A stretch of 64,000 bases of DNA from an uncultured Planctomycetia bacterium (GCA_964406665.1 CAYOSQ010000001.1:135412-199411); one strand, 5' to 3'. Shown: positions 1-10,710, numbered from the stretch's first letter. The notes: generated by a model from the letters alone, not told the origin. Numbers and translations: made by a program.

Positions 1-1
1 G

Positions 2-952
2 GAGAATATCGATCTTCTCTCAGGTCCGGGGTGTCCGGTATGTGTCTCCTCGCAAGATTATATAGATAAAGCAATAGAATATTCAAAGCTAAAGGATGTA
101 ATTTTAACTACATTTGGAGACATGATAAGAGTGCCAGGAACAAATACTTCTTTAGAGAAACAAAGAGCTGAGGGTTCTGATGTTCGCATAGTATATTCTC
201 CTTTGGATTCTTTGGATATAGCTTCAAAAAATAAAGAGAAGAAAGTAATATTTTTAGCAGTAGGTTTTGAGACAACCATTCCTATAGTAGCATTAACTAT
301 ATTGCAGGCGAAAAAGATGGGCTTGAAGAATTTTTCTGTTTTTTGCTCCCATAAACTTATTCCTCCGGCGATGAAGGTTTTATTAGCTGACGAAAGGTTA
401 AATATACAAGGTTTTATATGTCCGGGACATGTAAGTACAATTATAGGTGCTCAAGCTTATAAATTTGTTGCCAGAAAATTCCACATACCTTGTGTTGTCG
501 CCGGGTTTGAGCCGATAGATATGCTTAAGGGAATTTATATGTTGGTTAAGCTAATATTAAAACAGAAGGCACAGGTCGAAATCCAATATAAAAGGGTGGT
601 AAGGCAGAAAGGAAATCCTAAAGCACTTAAAATAATATCCGATGTTTTTAAAGTCGCAGATGTCCAATGGCGGGGTTTAGGGATTCTCCCTAGAAGTGGA
701 TTAGTTGTTAAAGATAAATTTTCTGCTTTTGATGCTGAGAAAGTTATGCCTTTAAAGAAGATAGTTGTTAAGAAGACTAAATCTCAAGAAAGATGTCTCT
801 GCGGAGAGGTTTTAAAAGGTATCATTAAGCCAACTCAATGCCCCAATTTTGGCAAACAATGTAAGCCCTCTTTTCCTCTTGGGCCTTGCATGGTTTCATT
901 TGAAGGAGCATGCTCAGTATATTACAAATTTGGCAACAGGCGTTCATTTTGA
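2..952 (+). CDS. hypD: Hydrogenase maturation protein HypD (5' truncated by window edge)
   Basis: Frame open from base 2 (ENIDLLSGPGCPVC); GFETT, PGHVS and C-terminal GPCMVSxEGAC motifs. Confidence 0.95.
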   Translation, partial: ENIDLLSGPGCPVCVSSQDYIDKAIEYSKLKDVILTTFGDMIRVPGTNTSLEKQRAEGSDVRIVYSPLDSLDIASKNKEKKVIFLAVGFETTIPIVALTILQAKKMGLKNFSVFCSHKLIPPAMKVLLADERLNIQGFICPGHVSTIIGAQAYKFVARKFHIPCVVAGFEPIDMLKGIYMLVKLILKQKAQVEIQYKRVVRQKGNPKALKIISDVFKVADVQWRGLGILPRSGLVVKDKFSAFDAEKVMPLKKIVVKKTKSQERCLCGEVLKGIIKPTQCPNFGKQCKPSFPLGPCMVSFEGACSVYYKFGNRRSF

Positions 953-981
953 TTGATTTATCTAAGGCAAAGTGCTAGAAT
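953..981 (+). promoter_or_regulatory. Sigma70-like promoter for the Lrp-aminotransferase operon
   Basis: TTGATT-17 nt-TAGAAT with extended -10 TG; AGGAGG RBS before 1007. Confidence 0.55.
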
Positions 982-1006
982 TACTTAATAAACAAGGAGG
1001 ATTATT

Positions 1007-1492
1007 ATGGACGAGATATTAGAGATTTTAGAAAATGATGCTCGCATAACAGCAAAAGAAATAGCTACGATGACTGGCAAGTCCGTTGCTACTATAAAAA
1101 AAGCAATAAAAAAGCATGAGAAAGACGGAGTAATACTTAAATATAAAACCGTGATTAATAAAGAGCTTATACAGGAACAGCAGCAAATGGTTAGGGCGTT
1201 AATTGAGGTTAATGTTGCTCCTCAGAAGGATGTTGGCTTTGATTATCTTGCAGAGAGAATTTATCAGTTTCCTGAGGTCAACAGCTGTTATCTAGTTTCA
1301 GGTAGTTATGATCTCTTATTAATCGTTGAAGGTAAAGACATTAATACTGTAGCGAACTTTGTTTCTGCAAAGCTTGCTCCTATGGAAAATGTACGAGGCA
1401 CTACAACGCATTTTCTTTTGCAGAAATATAAAGAGGATAACCAGATTTTAAAAAAGAAGGATAGGCGTAAACGACTAGCAATATCGTATTAA
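1007..1492 (+). CDS. Lrp/AsnC family transcriptional regulator
   Basis: N-terminal HTH (ILENDARIT..EIA), C-terminal VSGSYDLLL RAM domain. Confidence 0.9.
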   Translation: MDEILEILENDARITAKEIATMTGKSVATIKKAIKKHEKDGVILKYKTVINKELIQEQQQMVRALIEVNVAPQKDVGFDYLAERIYQFPEVNSCYLVSGSYDLLLIVEGKDINTVANFVSAKLAPMENVRGTTTHFLLQKYKEDNQILKKKDRRKRLAISY

Positions 1493-1496
1493 AAAA

Positions 1497-2645
1497 ATGA
1501 AGATATCAAAACGTGTTGAACAAATGAAGCCCTCAGGTATTAGGGCATTTTTTGACCTTGTTTTAGGGATGAAAGATGTTGTGTCTCTAGGAGTAGGAGA
1601 GCCGGACTTTGTCACTCCCTGGAACATACGAGAAACAGCGATTTATTCTTTGGAGCAAGGGCTTACATCGTACACATCCAATAAGGGCATGATTGAGCTG
1701 AGAAAACAAATAGCTCATTTCTTAAAACAAAGATACGGTTTAAACTATGATCCTGAGGAAGAAATTCTGATAACTGTAGGCGTAAGCGAGGCATACGATT
1801 TGGTAATGCGCTCAATAATAAATTCTAACGATAGCATTTTAGTTCCGGAGCCGTCATATGTATCATATTATCCGCTTGTTTCTTTAACAGGGGGAAAACC
1901 GGTTTATGTAAAAACCAATATAGGAGATGGGTTTAAACTTAAACCGAAGCGCATTCATGATCTTTGCTCCAAAAATACCGTAGGACTTGTTATTAATTAT
2001 CCGGCAAACCCGACGGGAACATCTTATACCAAAGATGAGTTACGTGAAATAGCTAAAATCGCAATAAAAAAAGATTTAGTTGTTATTAGCGATGAAGTTT
2101 ATGACGAGTTGACCTACGACTATAGACACACTCCGCTTGCAACACTTAAGGGAATGAAATCCAGAACAGTTTATTTAAACGGATTTTCTAAATCATACGC
2201 TATGACAGGATTCAGAATTGGCTATGCTTGTGGACCTAAAAAAATAATACAAGCTATGACAAAGATTCATCAATATACCATGCTCTGTGCATCTATTACT
2301 GCTCAGATTGCAGCACGGGAAGCTCTAAGAAATAGCATGAAATCTGTCGAACAAATGAAGAAAGAATACCGCAGAAGAAGAGAGTTTGTTGTTGATGGAC
2401 TTAACAAGCTTGGGCTTTCTTGCAGAAAACCAGAGGGCGCTTTCTATGTTTTTCCTTCGATAAAAAACACAGGCTATAATTCTTTGGATTTTGCAGAAGA
2501 GTTGCTTAAGAAAAAAAAGGTTGCTTTGGTGCCAGGTACAGCATTTGGACCTTCGGGGGAAGGACATGTGCGCATTGCATTTGCTTCAAGCTTCGACAAC
2601 CTCAAAGAAGCTTTGCAGCGCACAGCTGAGTTTTTAAAAAGATAG
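1497..2645 (+). CDS. Class I/II PLP-dependent aminotransferase
   Basis: GEPDF, NPTG, DEVY and SKSYAMTGFRIG PLP-lysine motif. Confidence 0.93.
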   Translation: MKISKRVEQMKPSGIRAFFDLVLGMKDVVSLGVGEPDFVTPWNIRETAIYSLEQGLTSYTSNKGMIELRKQIAHFLKQRYGLNYDPEEEILITVGVSEAYDLVMRSIINSNDSILVPEPSYVSYYPLVSLTGGKPVYVKTNIGDGFKLKPKRIHDLCSKNTVGLVINYPANPTGTSYTKDELREIAKIAIKKDLVVISDEVYDELTYDYRHTPLATLKGMKSRTVYLNGFSKSYAMTGFRIGYACGPKKIIQAMTKIHQYTMLCASITAQIAAREALRNSMKSVEQMKKEYRRRREFVVDGLNKLGLSCRKPEGAFYVFPSIKNTGYNSLDFAEELLKKKKVALVPGTAFGPSGEGHVRIAFASSFDNLKEALQRTAEFLKR

Positions 2646-2689
2646 CACATGAATCTCTTCTTTGTAATATTGGGGATAAAGTTGATTAG

Positions 2690-3079
2690 ATGAGTAAGTC
2701 TAGTAAGCAGAAAAAAGATCTCGATTTCGAAATTTCATTTTACGAAAATATCTTAAAAAGAACGCCTGAGTTTTCCGAGGCACTTATTGCATTGGGCGAT
2801 GCTTATACAAAAAAAGGTTTTTATGTCAAGGGTCTGGAAGTAGATAAGAAGCTGTCTATTCTTAAGCCTGAAGACCCTATCATTTTTTACAATCTTGCCT
2901 GCAGTTTTTCTTTGTTGCGTGATATAGAAAAGTCACTGGATGCCCTTCAAAAAGCAGTTCTGTTGGGCTATGATGATTTTGTTTATATGCAAAAGGATAC
3001 AGATTTAGATAATGTGCGCTCAGATGTTAGATTTAAAGAAAAGATTTTAAAGTTTAAGCCACCGATTGCCAAGAAGTAA
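2690..3079 (+). CDS. TPR-repeat protein
   Basis: ALIALGDAY, YNLACSFSL and DTDLDNVRSD segments typical of TPR-end proteins. Confidence 0.8.
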   Translation: MSKSSKQKKDLDFEISFYENILKRTPEFSEALIALGDAYTKKGFYVKGLEVDKKLSILKPEDPIIFYNLACSFSLLRDIEKSLDALQKAVLLGYDDFVYMQKDTDLDNVRSDVRFKEKILKFKPPIAKK

Positions 3080-3098
3080 CAAAATCCCTTCATAATAT

Positions 3099-4202
3099 AT
3101 GGATATCAATAAGAACCCAAAGAAATATCACAGGATAAAAAATTTACTTTCGTTCCTGGATATCATCTTACAGGGTTCAATTTTATTGATAATTACGTTA
3201 TCCGGATTCTCTCTTTTCTTGAAAAATCAGGTGTCTGGAGTGTTTGAGAACTTTTATTTAGTTGTTGCCGGATATATCTTTTTGCTTGCGACAATTTTTT
3301 ATTTTATTACATTGCCAATAAGCTTTTTTGAAAACTATTATTTAGAACATCAATATAATCTTTCAAATCAAAAAATAACAAGCTGGTTTAAAGATAGTCT
3401 AAAAGAAACTATCATTGGATTATTGATTTTGCTAATCTGTGGAGAGTTTGTCTATTTTATCTTACGTAATTTTTCGGAGATTTGGTGGATTTTTGCCGGA
3501 TTTTTCTGGATATTTATAAGTGTAGTGTTGGCAAAAATTACCCCAACGTTGTTGATACCGTTATTCTATAAGTATATTCCTTTGGAAAAAGAAGAGCTGA
3601 AGGATAAAATTTTAAAATTGTTCAATACGCGTAAAGTTAAGATTAAAGATGTATATGTAATTAAATTTTCGGAGAAAACTAAAAAAGCTAATGCCATGGT
3701 TTGCGGTTTTAGTAAAAACCGTAGGGTAATTTTAACCGACACGCTTATTAATAGTTTTTCCGACGAGGAGATTGAGCAAGTCGTTGCCCATGAACTAGGC
3801 CATTATTGTGGTAGAGACATAACGAAGTTACTTTTTTTAAATTCAGTATGTTGTTTCCTGGCATTTTTTGTTGCTGATAAGGTTATAAGCACAACAGCTT
3901 TAAGATTCGGTTTTAGCGGTTTAGATGATATTGCCTTTTTTCCGATTTTGCTGTTGAGTCTCGTTGGAGTTGCTTTTTTGCTTTTACCTTTTCGTAACTG
4001 CTTTTCCAGATTTTTAGAGAAACGAGCGGATTTGTTTAGTTTGCAACTTACCAAAAACTCCCCAGCATTTATATCAGCCATGAATAAATTAGGTAGTTTG
4101 AACCTTGCAGATTTTAAGCCTTCTATTTTAGTAGAAATTTTTCTCTACAATCATCCTCCGATTGGAAAGAGGATTAAATATGCAAAAGAATTTAAAATAT
4201 GA
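3099..4202 (+). CDS. M48 (Ste24-like) membrane zinc peptidase
   Basis: Multiple TM helices, NA, DTL, HELGH, ExxAD and HPP motifs. Confidence 0.92.
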   Translation: MDINKNPKKYHRIKNLLSFLDIILQGSILLIITLSGFSLFLKNQVSGVFENFYLVVAGYIFLLATIFYFITLPISFFENYYLEHQYNLSNQKITSWFKDSLKETIIGLLILLICGEFVYFILRNFSEIWWIFAGFFWIFISVVLAKITPTLLIPLFYKYIPLEKEELKDKILKLFNTRKVKIKDVYVIKFSEKTKKANAMVCGFSKNRRVILTDTLINSFSDEEIEQVVAHELGHYCGRDITKLLFLNSVCCFLAFFVADKVISTTALRFGFSGLDDIAFFPILLLSLVGVAFLLLPFRNCFSRFLEKRADLFSLQLTKNSPAFISAMNKLGSLNLADFKPSILVEIFLYNHPPIGKRIKYAKEFKI

Positions 4203-6151
4203 AAAAGAGAAAAAAACATATTAATTCGGATCGGCGCAAATATCTAAGACTTAAGAGTGTTTTTCCTGTTGAGTTTAGGATTATGTCAGATAAGGATGAA
4301 CCATGGCAACAGGGGTTTACTTCTGATATAAGCAAAGGAGGTATTTGTCTAAAAGTTAACAACGTAGATGATAAATGGTTTTCTCAGCTTCAAGAAAAAG
4401 GTGTGGATATATCTTTACAGATAAATATTCCTATGTCTGCCGCAGCTACGCGTGCGGTTGCAAAAATTGTCTGGGTTAAGAAGGTCAAAGTAGGTGCTCT
4501 AAATCAATGTTTAATGGGCTTAGAATTTTCAAAGATAGATTCAGGAAATATTAACGGTATTGTACGCTATGGTCGCTGGATGGTGTATTCTGGTAAGGTT
4601 GCCGTAATAGCAATCTTGTTTTTGGCAACTTTAGCAGGTAGCATATTTCTAAATAATCAAAAGATGAGAAAAGAAAATGAAACATTAGTCGAAAAGTTAG
4701 TTGATAGCGCTAAAGAGGAATCAAAAATAAACAAACAGTTAGAAATTTTAACTGAAAGCAATAACGAAGCAGCAGTTCAGATTGAATCTTATTTAAGTAA
4801 AGTATCTAATTTGGAGATTAGAATTAATGAAGTAAAAACGCAAAAAGATAAAGACATGCTTAAGCAATTAGATAGTTTGAAAAAAGAGCTAGCTATCGCT
4901 GAAGAAAAAAAAGAAACCTTAGAGTTAAAATTAGCAGGTTCTAAACAAAGAAAAGAGTTAATTGATAAGGTTTTATTTTCTATAAAGGAGGAAAAGAAAG
5001 ATTTGCGGAAGGCTATGATTGATAAAATGTATAATTGGCTTGTTGTTCATCAAAACCCTCGTACTGGATTAATAATCAGCTATGAGGGGGATAGGCGTCT
5101 TCGGGACTGGGCATTCATTTATGATCAAGCCTTGGCCTCTCAGGCGTATATTCTATTCGGTGATTATGATCATGCTGAGAAGGCGTTCAATTTTTTCTTA
5201 AGACAATCGCATAAACAAGGACAGTTTTCTGGTTTTGCCAATGCCTACTATGCTTCTACAAGTAACGTAGCAGAACATGCTGTACATTGTGGTCCAAATA
5301 TTTGGCTGGGGATATCTTTGCTTCATTATCAGAGAGCAACCTTAGATGCCACGTATCTTCCTTTGGCTAAGAAAATTGCTGACTGGCTTATCAGGATACA
5401 AGAGCAAGATCCTTCTGGAGGTTTACGCGGAGGTCCTTCAGTTAACTGGTTTGCAACTGAGCATAACCTGGATGGCTATGCATTCTTTAACATGTTATTT
5501 GAGATAACAAATGAGGCCAAATACAAAATAGCTAGAGATAAAATCCTAAGCTGGTTGATTACCCATGCTTATGACCGCAAAGAAATTCCGATTAACCGTG
5601 GTAAAGGAGATTCTACCGTAGCAACTGATACATATGCCTGGTCAATTGCAGCTATAGGACCTAAGAAGCTCAAGAGAATAAAGATGGACCCAGATGAAAT
5701 TATGGCGTTTGCAGAAGATAATTGTGGTGTTTTTGTAGAATATGAAAGACCTAACGGAGAAAAGGTTGATGTTGAGGGTTTTGATTTTGCCAAATATCGT
5801 AATATGCCCCGGGGTGGAGTCATCTCTTCCGAGTGGACCGCACAGATGGTATTATCTTTTAAGATAATGCAAGAATATCATTTGAACCAGAATAATTTTG
5901 ATAAAAGTGTTTATTATTCTAAAAAGTATACCCATTTCTTAAATGAACTTGAAAAGCTACTTATTTCATCGTCTTCTCCGACGGGTCAAGGGGAAGGATG
6001 TCTTCCTTACGCAACCGAGGATAATGTAGATACCGGTCATGGGTGGAGAACGCCTCAGGGTCGTACCACTGGTTCGGTCGCCGGAACAACGTATACAATA
6101 TTTGCTCAGAAAGGTTTTAATCCGTTAAAGTTTTCTAAAGATGAAAAGTAG
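4199..6151 (+). CDS. PilZ domain + TM + coiled coil + putative (alpha/alpha)6 glycosidase-like domain
   Basis: RRKYLR and DISKGG PilZ motifs; hydrophobic helix; heptad region; YDQALA, GPNIW, TEHNLD, EWTAQM, LPYA motifs. Confidence 0.7.
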   Translation: MKKRKKHINSDRRKYLRLKSVFPVEFRIMSDKDEPWQQGFTSDISKGGICLKVNNVDDKWFSQLQEKGVDISLQINIPMSAAATRAVAKIVWVKKVKVGALNQCLMGLEFSKIDSGNINGIVRYGRWMVYSGKVAVIAILFLATLAGSIFLNNQKMRKENETLVEKLVDSAKEESKINKQLEILTESNNEAAVQIESYLSKVSNLEIRINEVKTQKDKDMLKQLDSLKKELAIAEEKKETLELKLAGSKQRKELIDKVLFSIKEEKKDLRKAMIDKMYNWLVVHQNPRTGLIISYEGDRRLRDWAFIYDQALASQAYILFGDYDHAEKAFNFFLRQSHKQGQFSGFANAYYASTSNVAEHAVHCGPNIWLGISLLHYQRATLDATYLPLAKKIADWLIRIQEQDPSGGLRGGPSVNWFATEHNLDGYAFFNMLFEITNEAKYKIARDKILSWLITHAYDRKEIPINRGKGDSTVATDTYAWSIAAIGPKKLKRIKMDPDEIMAFAEDNCGVFVEYERPNGEKVDVEGFDFAKYRNMPRGGVISSEWTAQMVLSFKIMQEYHLNQNNFDKSVYYSKKYTHFLNELEKLLISSSSPTGQGEGCLPYATEDNVDTGHGWRTPQGRTTGSVAGTTYTIFAQKGFNPLKFSKDEK

Positions 6152-8972
6152 AATCAGAATATATTATCATTTTCAATTGTTTGGTTTGATCATAGCCGCT
6201 GTTATGTTTTTTTATTCATATGCATATGCTTATAAACAGCCGCATTATATTATTGACGCCACCTTAGATGTTTCCAAGCATGTTCTTCAGGCCAAGGAAA
6301 GGGTAACATTTACCAATAATATTGACAGAGAAATCAAAGAAGTATTCTTTCATATTTATCCCAATCGGAAATTTACTGATAAAGAAAAAGATTTTATGTT
6401 GCGTTACGGTGGATACTTCAAGGTGAATCTATATCCTGAAGGTTTTCAGAGTTCTAGCATGACAATTGATTCTATTAAAGAAAATGGAAAACACCTAGAT
6501 TTTGAGATTATTTCTGAAGATGAAACTATTTTGCGAATTGGCTTACCCCAGTCATTATCTAAGGGGAAGTCGGTTGACTTAGACATAGAGTTTTCAGTGG
6601 TTTTGCCTCATGCATATGGTAGGTTGGGTTGGAATGATAATGTAATTAGTCTTATGCGTTGGTATCCCATTCTTTCGGTTTTAGACGAGGAAGGATGGCA
6701 CAATTATCCTTTTTATCCTTATCATCAGCCATTTTTCTCTGATTCCGCCCGGTATCAAGTAAACTTAACAATTGCCAAAAATTATGTGGTTGCACATACA
6801 GGAAGCGTGCAGGAAGAATTTATAAATTCCGACGAAACAAAAACTATTAAAATAGATTCACAGCTGCCTGTGCGGGATTTTGCTCTTGCCGCCAGTCCTG
6901 ATTTCCGCATATTTTCACTAGAGCATAATGATGTAGAAATAAGATCATACTATTTGCCTGGAGATGATTTCCTTGGAAAAAAAGCAGCTGAGTTTTCTTT
7001 GGCTTTGATGGAATATTATGCTGACCGCTTTATTGATTATCCTTACAAGACATTTTCTATAGCTTCTACCTATCTAGGTTATGGAGGAAATCAATCTTCA
7101 GGAATTATTTTTATCGACACTCGAGTTAACAAACTTCCTAAATTCCTTCTACGATATTTTGATTTTCTTATTTCTCACGAGACAGGGCATCAATGGTTTT
7201 ATAATTTGGTAGGCTCTGATGAATATAAAGAGATGTGGATAGATGAGGGCATCAACTCTTATTTTATTTCAGAGTATTTAGAAGATAAATACGGTCCTGA
7301 TGCCCAAGTTATGATTTTACCTAAATGGCTTCAGCCCTTCGTTCCAAATTTTTCTTTTAAAAGTGGTAGAATCGTACGTTATTTTTACCTGGCTAAAAGA
7401 GGATTAGACAGGCCTATCTTAGGAAAGCTTTCTAGTTTTAAAGAACCAAGCAGCATTTTTGCTTTGGCTTACGGAAAAGGTTCTATTGTAATTGAGATGT
7501 TGCATTCTTTAGTTGGTGAAGAAGCTTTTGCAAGAATAATGAAACAATATTTTAATAAATATACTTTCAAAAATATTTCTGTTTCTGATTTTATCAGGAT
7601 TTGTGAAAAAGAAAGCGGTAAAGACTTAGATTGGTTTTTCGATCAGTGGCTTAATACAGATAAGACGTGCGACTATGCTGTTAATAAAGTAAATAAAAAC
7701 AAAGTTGTTTTAGAAAATCGCGGTGAGATAATTATGCCGGTTAAAACGGAAATTTATTTTTCTGATGGTTCAGTTTTGAAAGATTCTTGGAACGGAGAAG
7801 GAGAAAGTAAGGAAATAGAAATTTTAGAAACTAGTCGTATAGAAAAGATTGTGGTCGATCCTGATAAGGCGATGTTGGATTTAGATAGGACTAATAATTT
7901 TTGGCCACGCTTGTTTGAAACCAAAGCAGTTCCGCTTTACTACGCTGTATACGAAATCCCTGTAGTTTTACCTGAAGATTCATATAGCTTTATTTATGGT
8001 CCGGAATTTATGAAAAATAGTGTAGGTATGCGCGTGAGCTTGCAAAAGCCTTACGATAATAATTTAAGTCTATTTACCGGATATGATCTTAATTCCAGCG
8101 TAATAAAATCAGTACTGGGATTTGAACAGAGAAACTTATTTAATAAACAACTTGCCGGTGGAATTGAATTTTTCAGAGACGAAGATTTAAGTGGTAAAAA
8201 AGAGGATTTAGATGGCGGCAAAATTTATTTGCGACGAGAACTTTGGCCAGCAGCCTATGGATTAACAGAGGTCAACGATCACATTACTTTTTATCTTTTG
8301 CGTAACCGAAAATTTGAAGGAAGTTTTATTGCATCAGGCAGAGAGGATCAGGAAGATATTTCGTATTCTAGAAAAGATGAAGCCATTACAGGAATTGATT
8401 TTAGCTTAGATAGATCCGGACCGTATTTTGATCCCGATTCCGGATACAGAGCTAAAGTTACCTTAGAACATGCAGGACATTTTTTAGGTGGAAAAGAATC
8501 GTTTTCCAGAGGGACAGTTGATTTCACAGGATATCATGGATTTTTGCCAGAGCAAAAACTTGCACTGCATCTTAAGAGCGGATGGGGTTTTCCTTCGGAC
8601 AAAAATCTGTTTGAATTAGGCGGCGACGAAAGTTTAAGAGGGTATGGCCGCAAGGCAATGCGCGGATCCCGTTTTTTCTTAGGAAGCCTGGAATACCGCT
8701 TTCCTTTAATTAGACAAACAAATTTGCGTTTATTAGATAATATAATTTCCATTTCTGCTTTTCAAGGCGTTGCTTTTTTTGACGCTGGTAGAATATGGCA
8801 TGGAGATGTAGAAAAAAGTAATATTAAAAAAGATGCTGGTTTAGGTTTAAGGGTTCATGTTGATATTGGTTCTTATTTAGAGAAGCTTATTTTGCGAATT
8901 GATGTTGCCCAGGCGATTAATGAACCCAAAGAAGACCCGCATGTGTGGTTTGGAATAAGTCACGCATTTTAA
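6141..8972 (+). CDS. M1-family zinc peptidase fused to a C-terminal Omp85/BamA-like beta-barrel
   Basis: Signal peptide (AYA); HETGH plus WIDEG; C-terminal LRGY, EYRFP, FFDAG, GLGLR and terminal Phe. Confidence 0.85.
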   Translation: MKSRIRIYYHFQLFGLIIAAVMFFYSYAYAYKQPHYIIDATLDVSKHVLQAKERVTFTNNIDREIKEVFFHIYPNRKFTDKEKDFMLRYGGYFKVNLYPEGFQSSSMTIDSIKENGKHLDFEIISEDETILRIGLPQSLSKGKSVDLDIEFSVVLPHAYGRLGWNDNVISLMRWYPILSVLDEEGWHNYPFYPYHQPFFSDSARYQVNLTIAKNYVVAHTGSVQEEFINSDETKTIKIDSQLPVRDFALAASPDFRIFSLEHNDVEIRSYYLPGDDFLGKKAAEFSLALMEYYADRFIDYPYKTFSIASTYLGYGGNQSSGIIFIDTRVNKLPKFLLRYFDFLISHETGHQWFYNLVGSDEYKEMWIDEGINSYFISEYLEDKYGPDAQVMILPKWLQPFVPNFSFKSGRIVRYFYLAKRGLDRPILGKLSSFKEPSSIFALAYGKGSIVIEMLHSLVGEEAFARIMKQYFNKYTFKNISVSDFIRICEKESGKDLDWFFDQWLNTDKTCDYAVNKVNKNKVVLENRGEIIMPVKTEIYFSDGSVLKDSWNGEGESKEIEILETSRIEKIVVDPDKAMLDLDRTNNFWPRLFETKAVPLYYAVYEIPVVLPEDSYSFIYGPEFMKNSVGMRVSLQKPYDNNLSLFTGYDLNSSVIKSVLGFEQRNLFNKQLAGGIEFFRDEDLSGKKEDLDGGKIYLRRELWPAAYGLTEVNDHITFYLLRNRKFEGSFIASGREDQEDISYSRKDEAITGIDFSLDRSGPYFDPDSGYRAKVTLEHAGHFLGGKESFSRGTVDFTGYHGFLPEQKLALHLKSGWGFPSDKNLFELGGDESLRGYGRKAMRGSRFFLGSLEYRFPLIRQTNLRLLDNIISISAFQGVAFFDAGRIWHGDVEKSNIKKDAGLGLRVHVDIGSYLEKLILRIDVAQAINEPKEDPHVWFGISHAF

Positions 8973-8984
8973 ATAAGAGGAGGA

Positions 8985-9524
8985 TTGAGCAATATGGATG
9001 TTATGGAGGCAATAAAGAAAAGGAAGAGTGTAAGAAGTTATTTAGATAAACCAGTTGATCAGAAGAAGCTAGATCTTATTTTAGAAGCTGCTCGTCTTGC
9101 ACCTTCTGCTGGCAACAGGCAGGAATGGCGTTTAGTAGTGGTCAAAGATAAAGCATTACGCAAGAAGCTTATGGGTGCGGCAAAGGATCAGCCTTTTGTG
9201 GGACAGGCCCCTGTGGTGATTGCTTGTTGTGCCCAGACCGACGGGCATATTATGACCTGCGGGCAGGCGTGTTATCCTATAGATGTAGCTATTGCAATAG
9301 ATCACATGACTTTAAAAGCCTCGGAAGAAGGTTTGGGTACTTGCTGGGTAGGGGCTTTTCATGAGGATGCTGTAAAAGAAGTTTTAGGAATTCCCCGGGA
9401 GATTAAGGTTGTGGAACTTCTAACATTAGGTTATGCTGTTGATGAAACTACAGCAGAGAAGAATAGGCTGCCAATGGATGAAGTTGTTGCATATGATTCC
9501 TGGAAGAAGAAAGACAAACAATGA
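8985..9524 (+). CDS. Nitroreductase family protein (true start may be ATG 8994)
   Basis: RKSVRSY, APSAGNRQEW and GLGTCWVG motifs. Confidence 0.92.
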   Translation: MSNMDVMEAIKKRKSVRSYLDKPVDQKKLDLILEAARLAPSAGNRQEWRLVVVKDKALRKKLMGAAKDQPFVGQAPVVIACCAQTDGHIMTCGQACYPIDVAIAIDHMTLKASEEGLGTCWVGAFHEDAVKEVLGIPREIKVVELLTLGYAVDETTAEKNRLPMDEVVAYDSWKKKDKQ

Positions 9525-9778
9525 TTAAAACTATCGGATTGTTTGCTTCAGTAATTTTACCCTTATGGAATATTCCTTTGATCTTAAGGGTAATCAAAAG
9601 ACGTTCGTCTGCTGATATCAGTCTTTGGTGGGCTAACGGAGTATGGATATGCCTTGTTTTATTATTGCCGTCAGGGATCACTTCTGAAGATATCGTGTGG
9701 AAGACATTTACAATCGCTAATTTTATTTTGTTTAGTGCAGTTATTGCAGTAGTTTGGGCTTATCATAAAAAGACATGA
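9521..9778 (+). CDS. SemiSWEET/PQ-loop-like small membrane protein
   Basis: 85 aa, three hydrophobic helices, IPLI..VIKRRSSADIS pattern. Confidence 0.65.
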   Translation: MIKTIGLFASVILPLWNIPLILRVIKRRSSADISLWWANGVWICLVLLLPSGITSEDIVWKTFTIANFILFSAVIAVVWAYHKKT

Positions 9779-10710
9779 AAGAAAAAGAATCCAAGAAAAA
9801 TAATGATTTTCGCTGTGGCTTTGTTGCCGTTGTGGGTAGGCCTAATTCTGGAAAGTCTACGCTGATTAATAAGATTTTAGGTAAGAAAATTGCCATTGTT
9901 ACCAGAGTGCCTCAAACAACCCGTAATGCTATACGCGCAATATACAATAGTAAAAATGCTCAAATAATATTTGTAGATACTCCGGGCATGCATGCGCCTA
10001 AAGATAGGCTGGGAAAATTAATGAACAGAACCGGCCAACAGACAGCGAATGACGCAGATGTTATATTACATTTGATGGATACATCCAAAGCTCCGGGAAA
10101 AGAAGAAGAGGTAATCGTCAAAGAGCTGGATAAGAAAAACAAACCAATTATCCTAGGCCTTAATAAAGTAGATTTGGAAGGAAAATATATTCAAGAATAT
10201 ATTGAATTATGGCAACGCATAACAGGCAAAGACATTAATAAATTAGGTAGTGAAATAATGCTAATGCCTTTATCTGGATTGACCGGAATACACATAAAAG
10301 AATTAATTGATGCTATAATTGATTTTCTACCAGAATCAGTTGCTTTGTATCCGCAAGATGCTGTTTCAGATTTTCCTGAGAGGCTTTTTATGGCTGAGAT
10401 TGTTCGAGAAAAGCTGTTTAATCTTTTAAGAGAAGAGATTCCTTTTGGCCTTAGCGTTAGCGTGGAAGAAGTGGAGGAGAGAAAGAAAAATATACTTGCT
10501 GTTTACATGGCGATAGTAGTTAGTAGGGAATCTCAGAAAAAGATTGTAATCGGGAAGAGAGGAAGCATATTAAAGAAGGCAGGGACGCAGGCTCGAAAAG
10601 AGCTTGAAAAGACGCTCAAGAGAAAAATATATTTAGAGCTTTATGTAAAGATTCGCAGGGACTGGAGAGAAAATACTCAAATATTACAAGAGTTAGGAGT
10701 TATTGATTGA
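9775..10710 (+). CDS. era: GTPase Era
   Basis: GRPNSGKST, PQTTR, DTPG, NKVD and KH-domain IVIGKRG. Confidence 0.96.
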   Translation: MKEKESKKNNDFRCGFVAVVGRPNSGKSTLINKILGKKIAIVTRVPQTTRNAIRAIYNSKNAQIIFVDTPGMHAPKDRLGKLMNRTGQQTANDADVILHLMDTSKAPGKEEEVIVKELDKKNKPIILGLNKVDLEGKYIQEYIELWQRITGKDINKLGSEIMLMPLSGLTGIHIKELIDAIIDFLPESVALYPQDAVSDFPERLFMAEIVREKLFNLLREEIPFGLSVSVEEVEERKKNILAVYMAIVVSRESQKKIVIGKRGSILKKAGTQARKELEKTLKRKIYLELYVKIRRDWRENTQILQELGVID

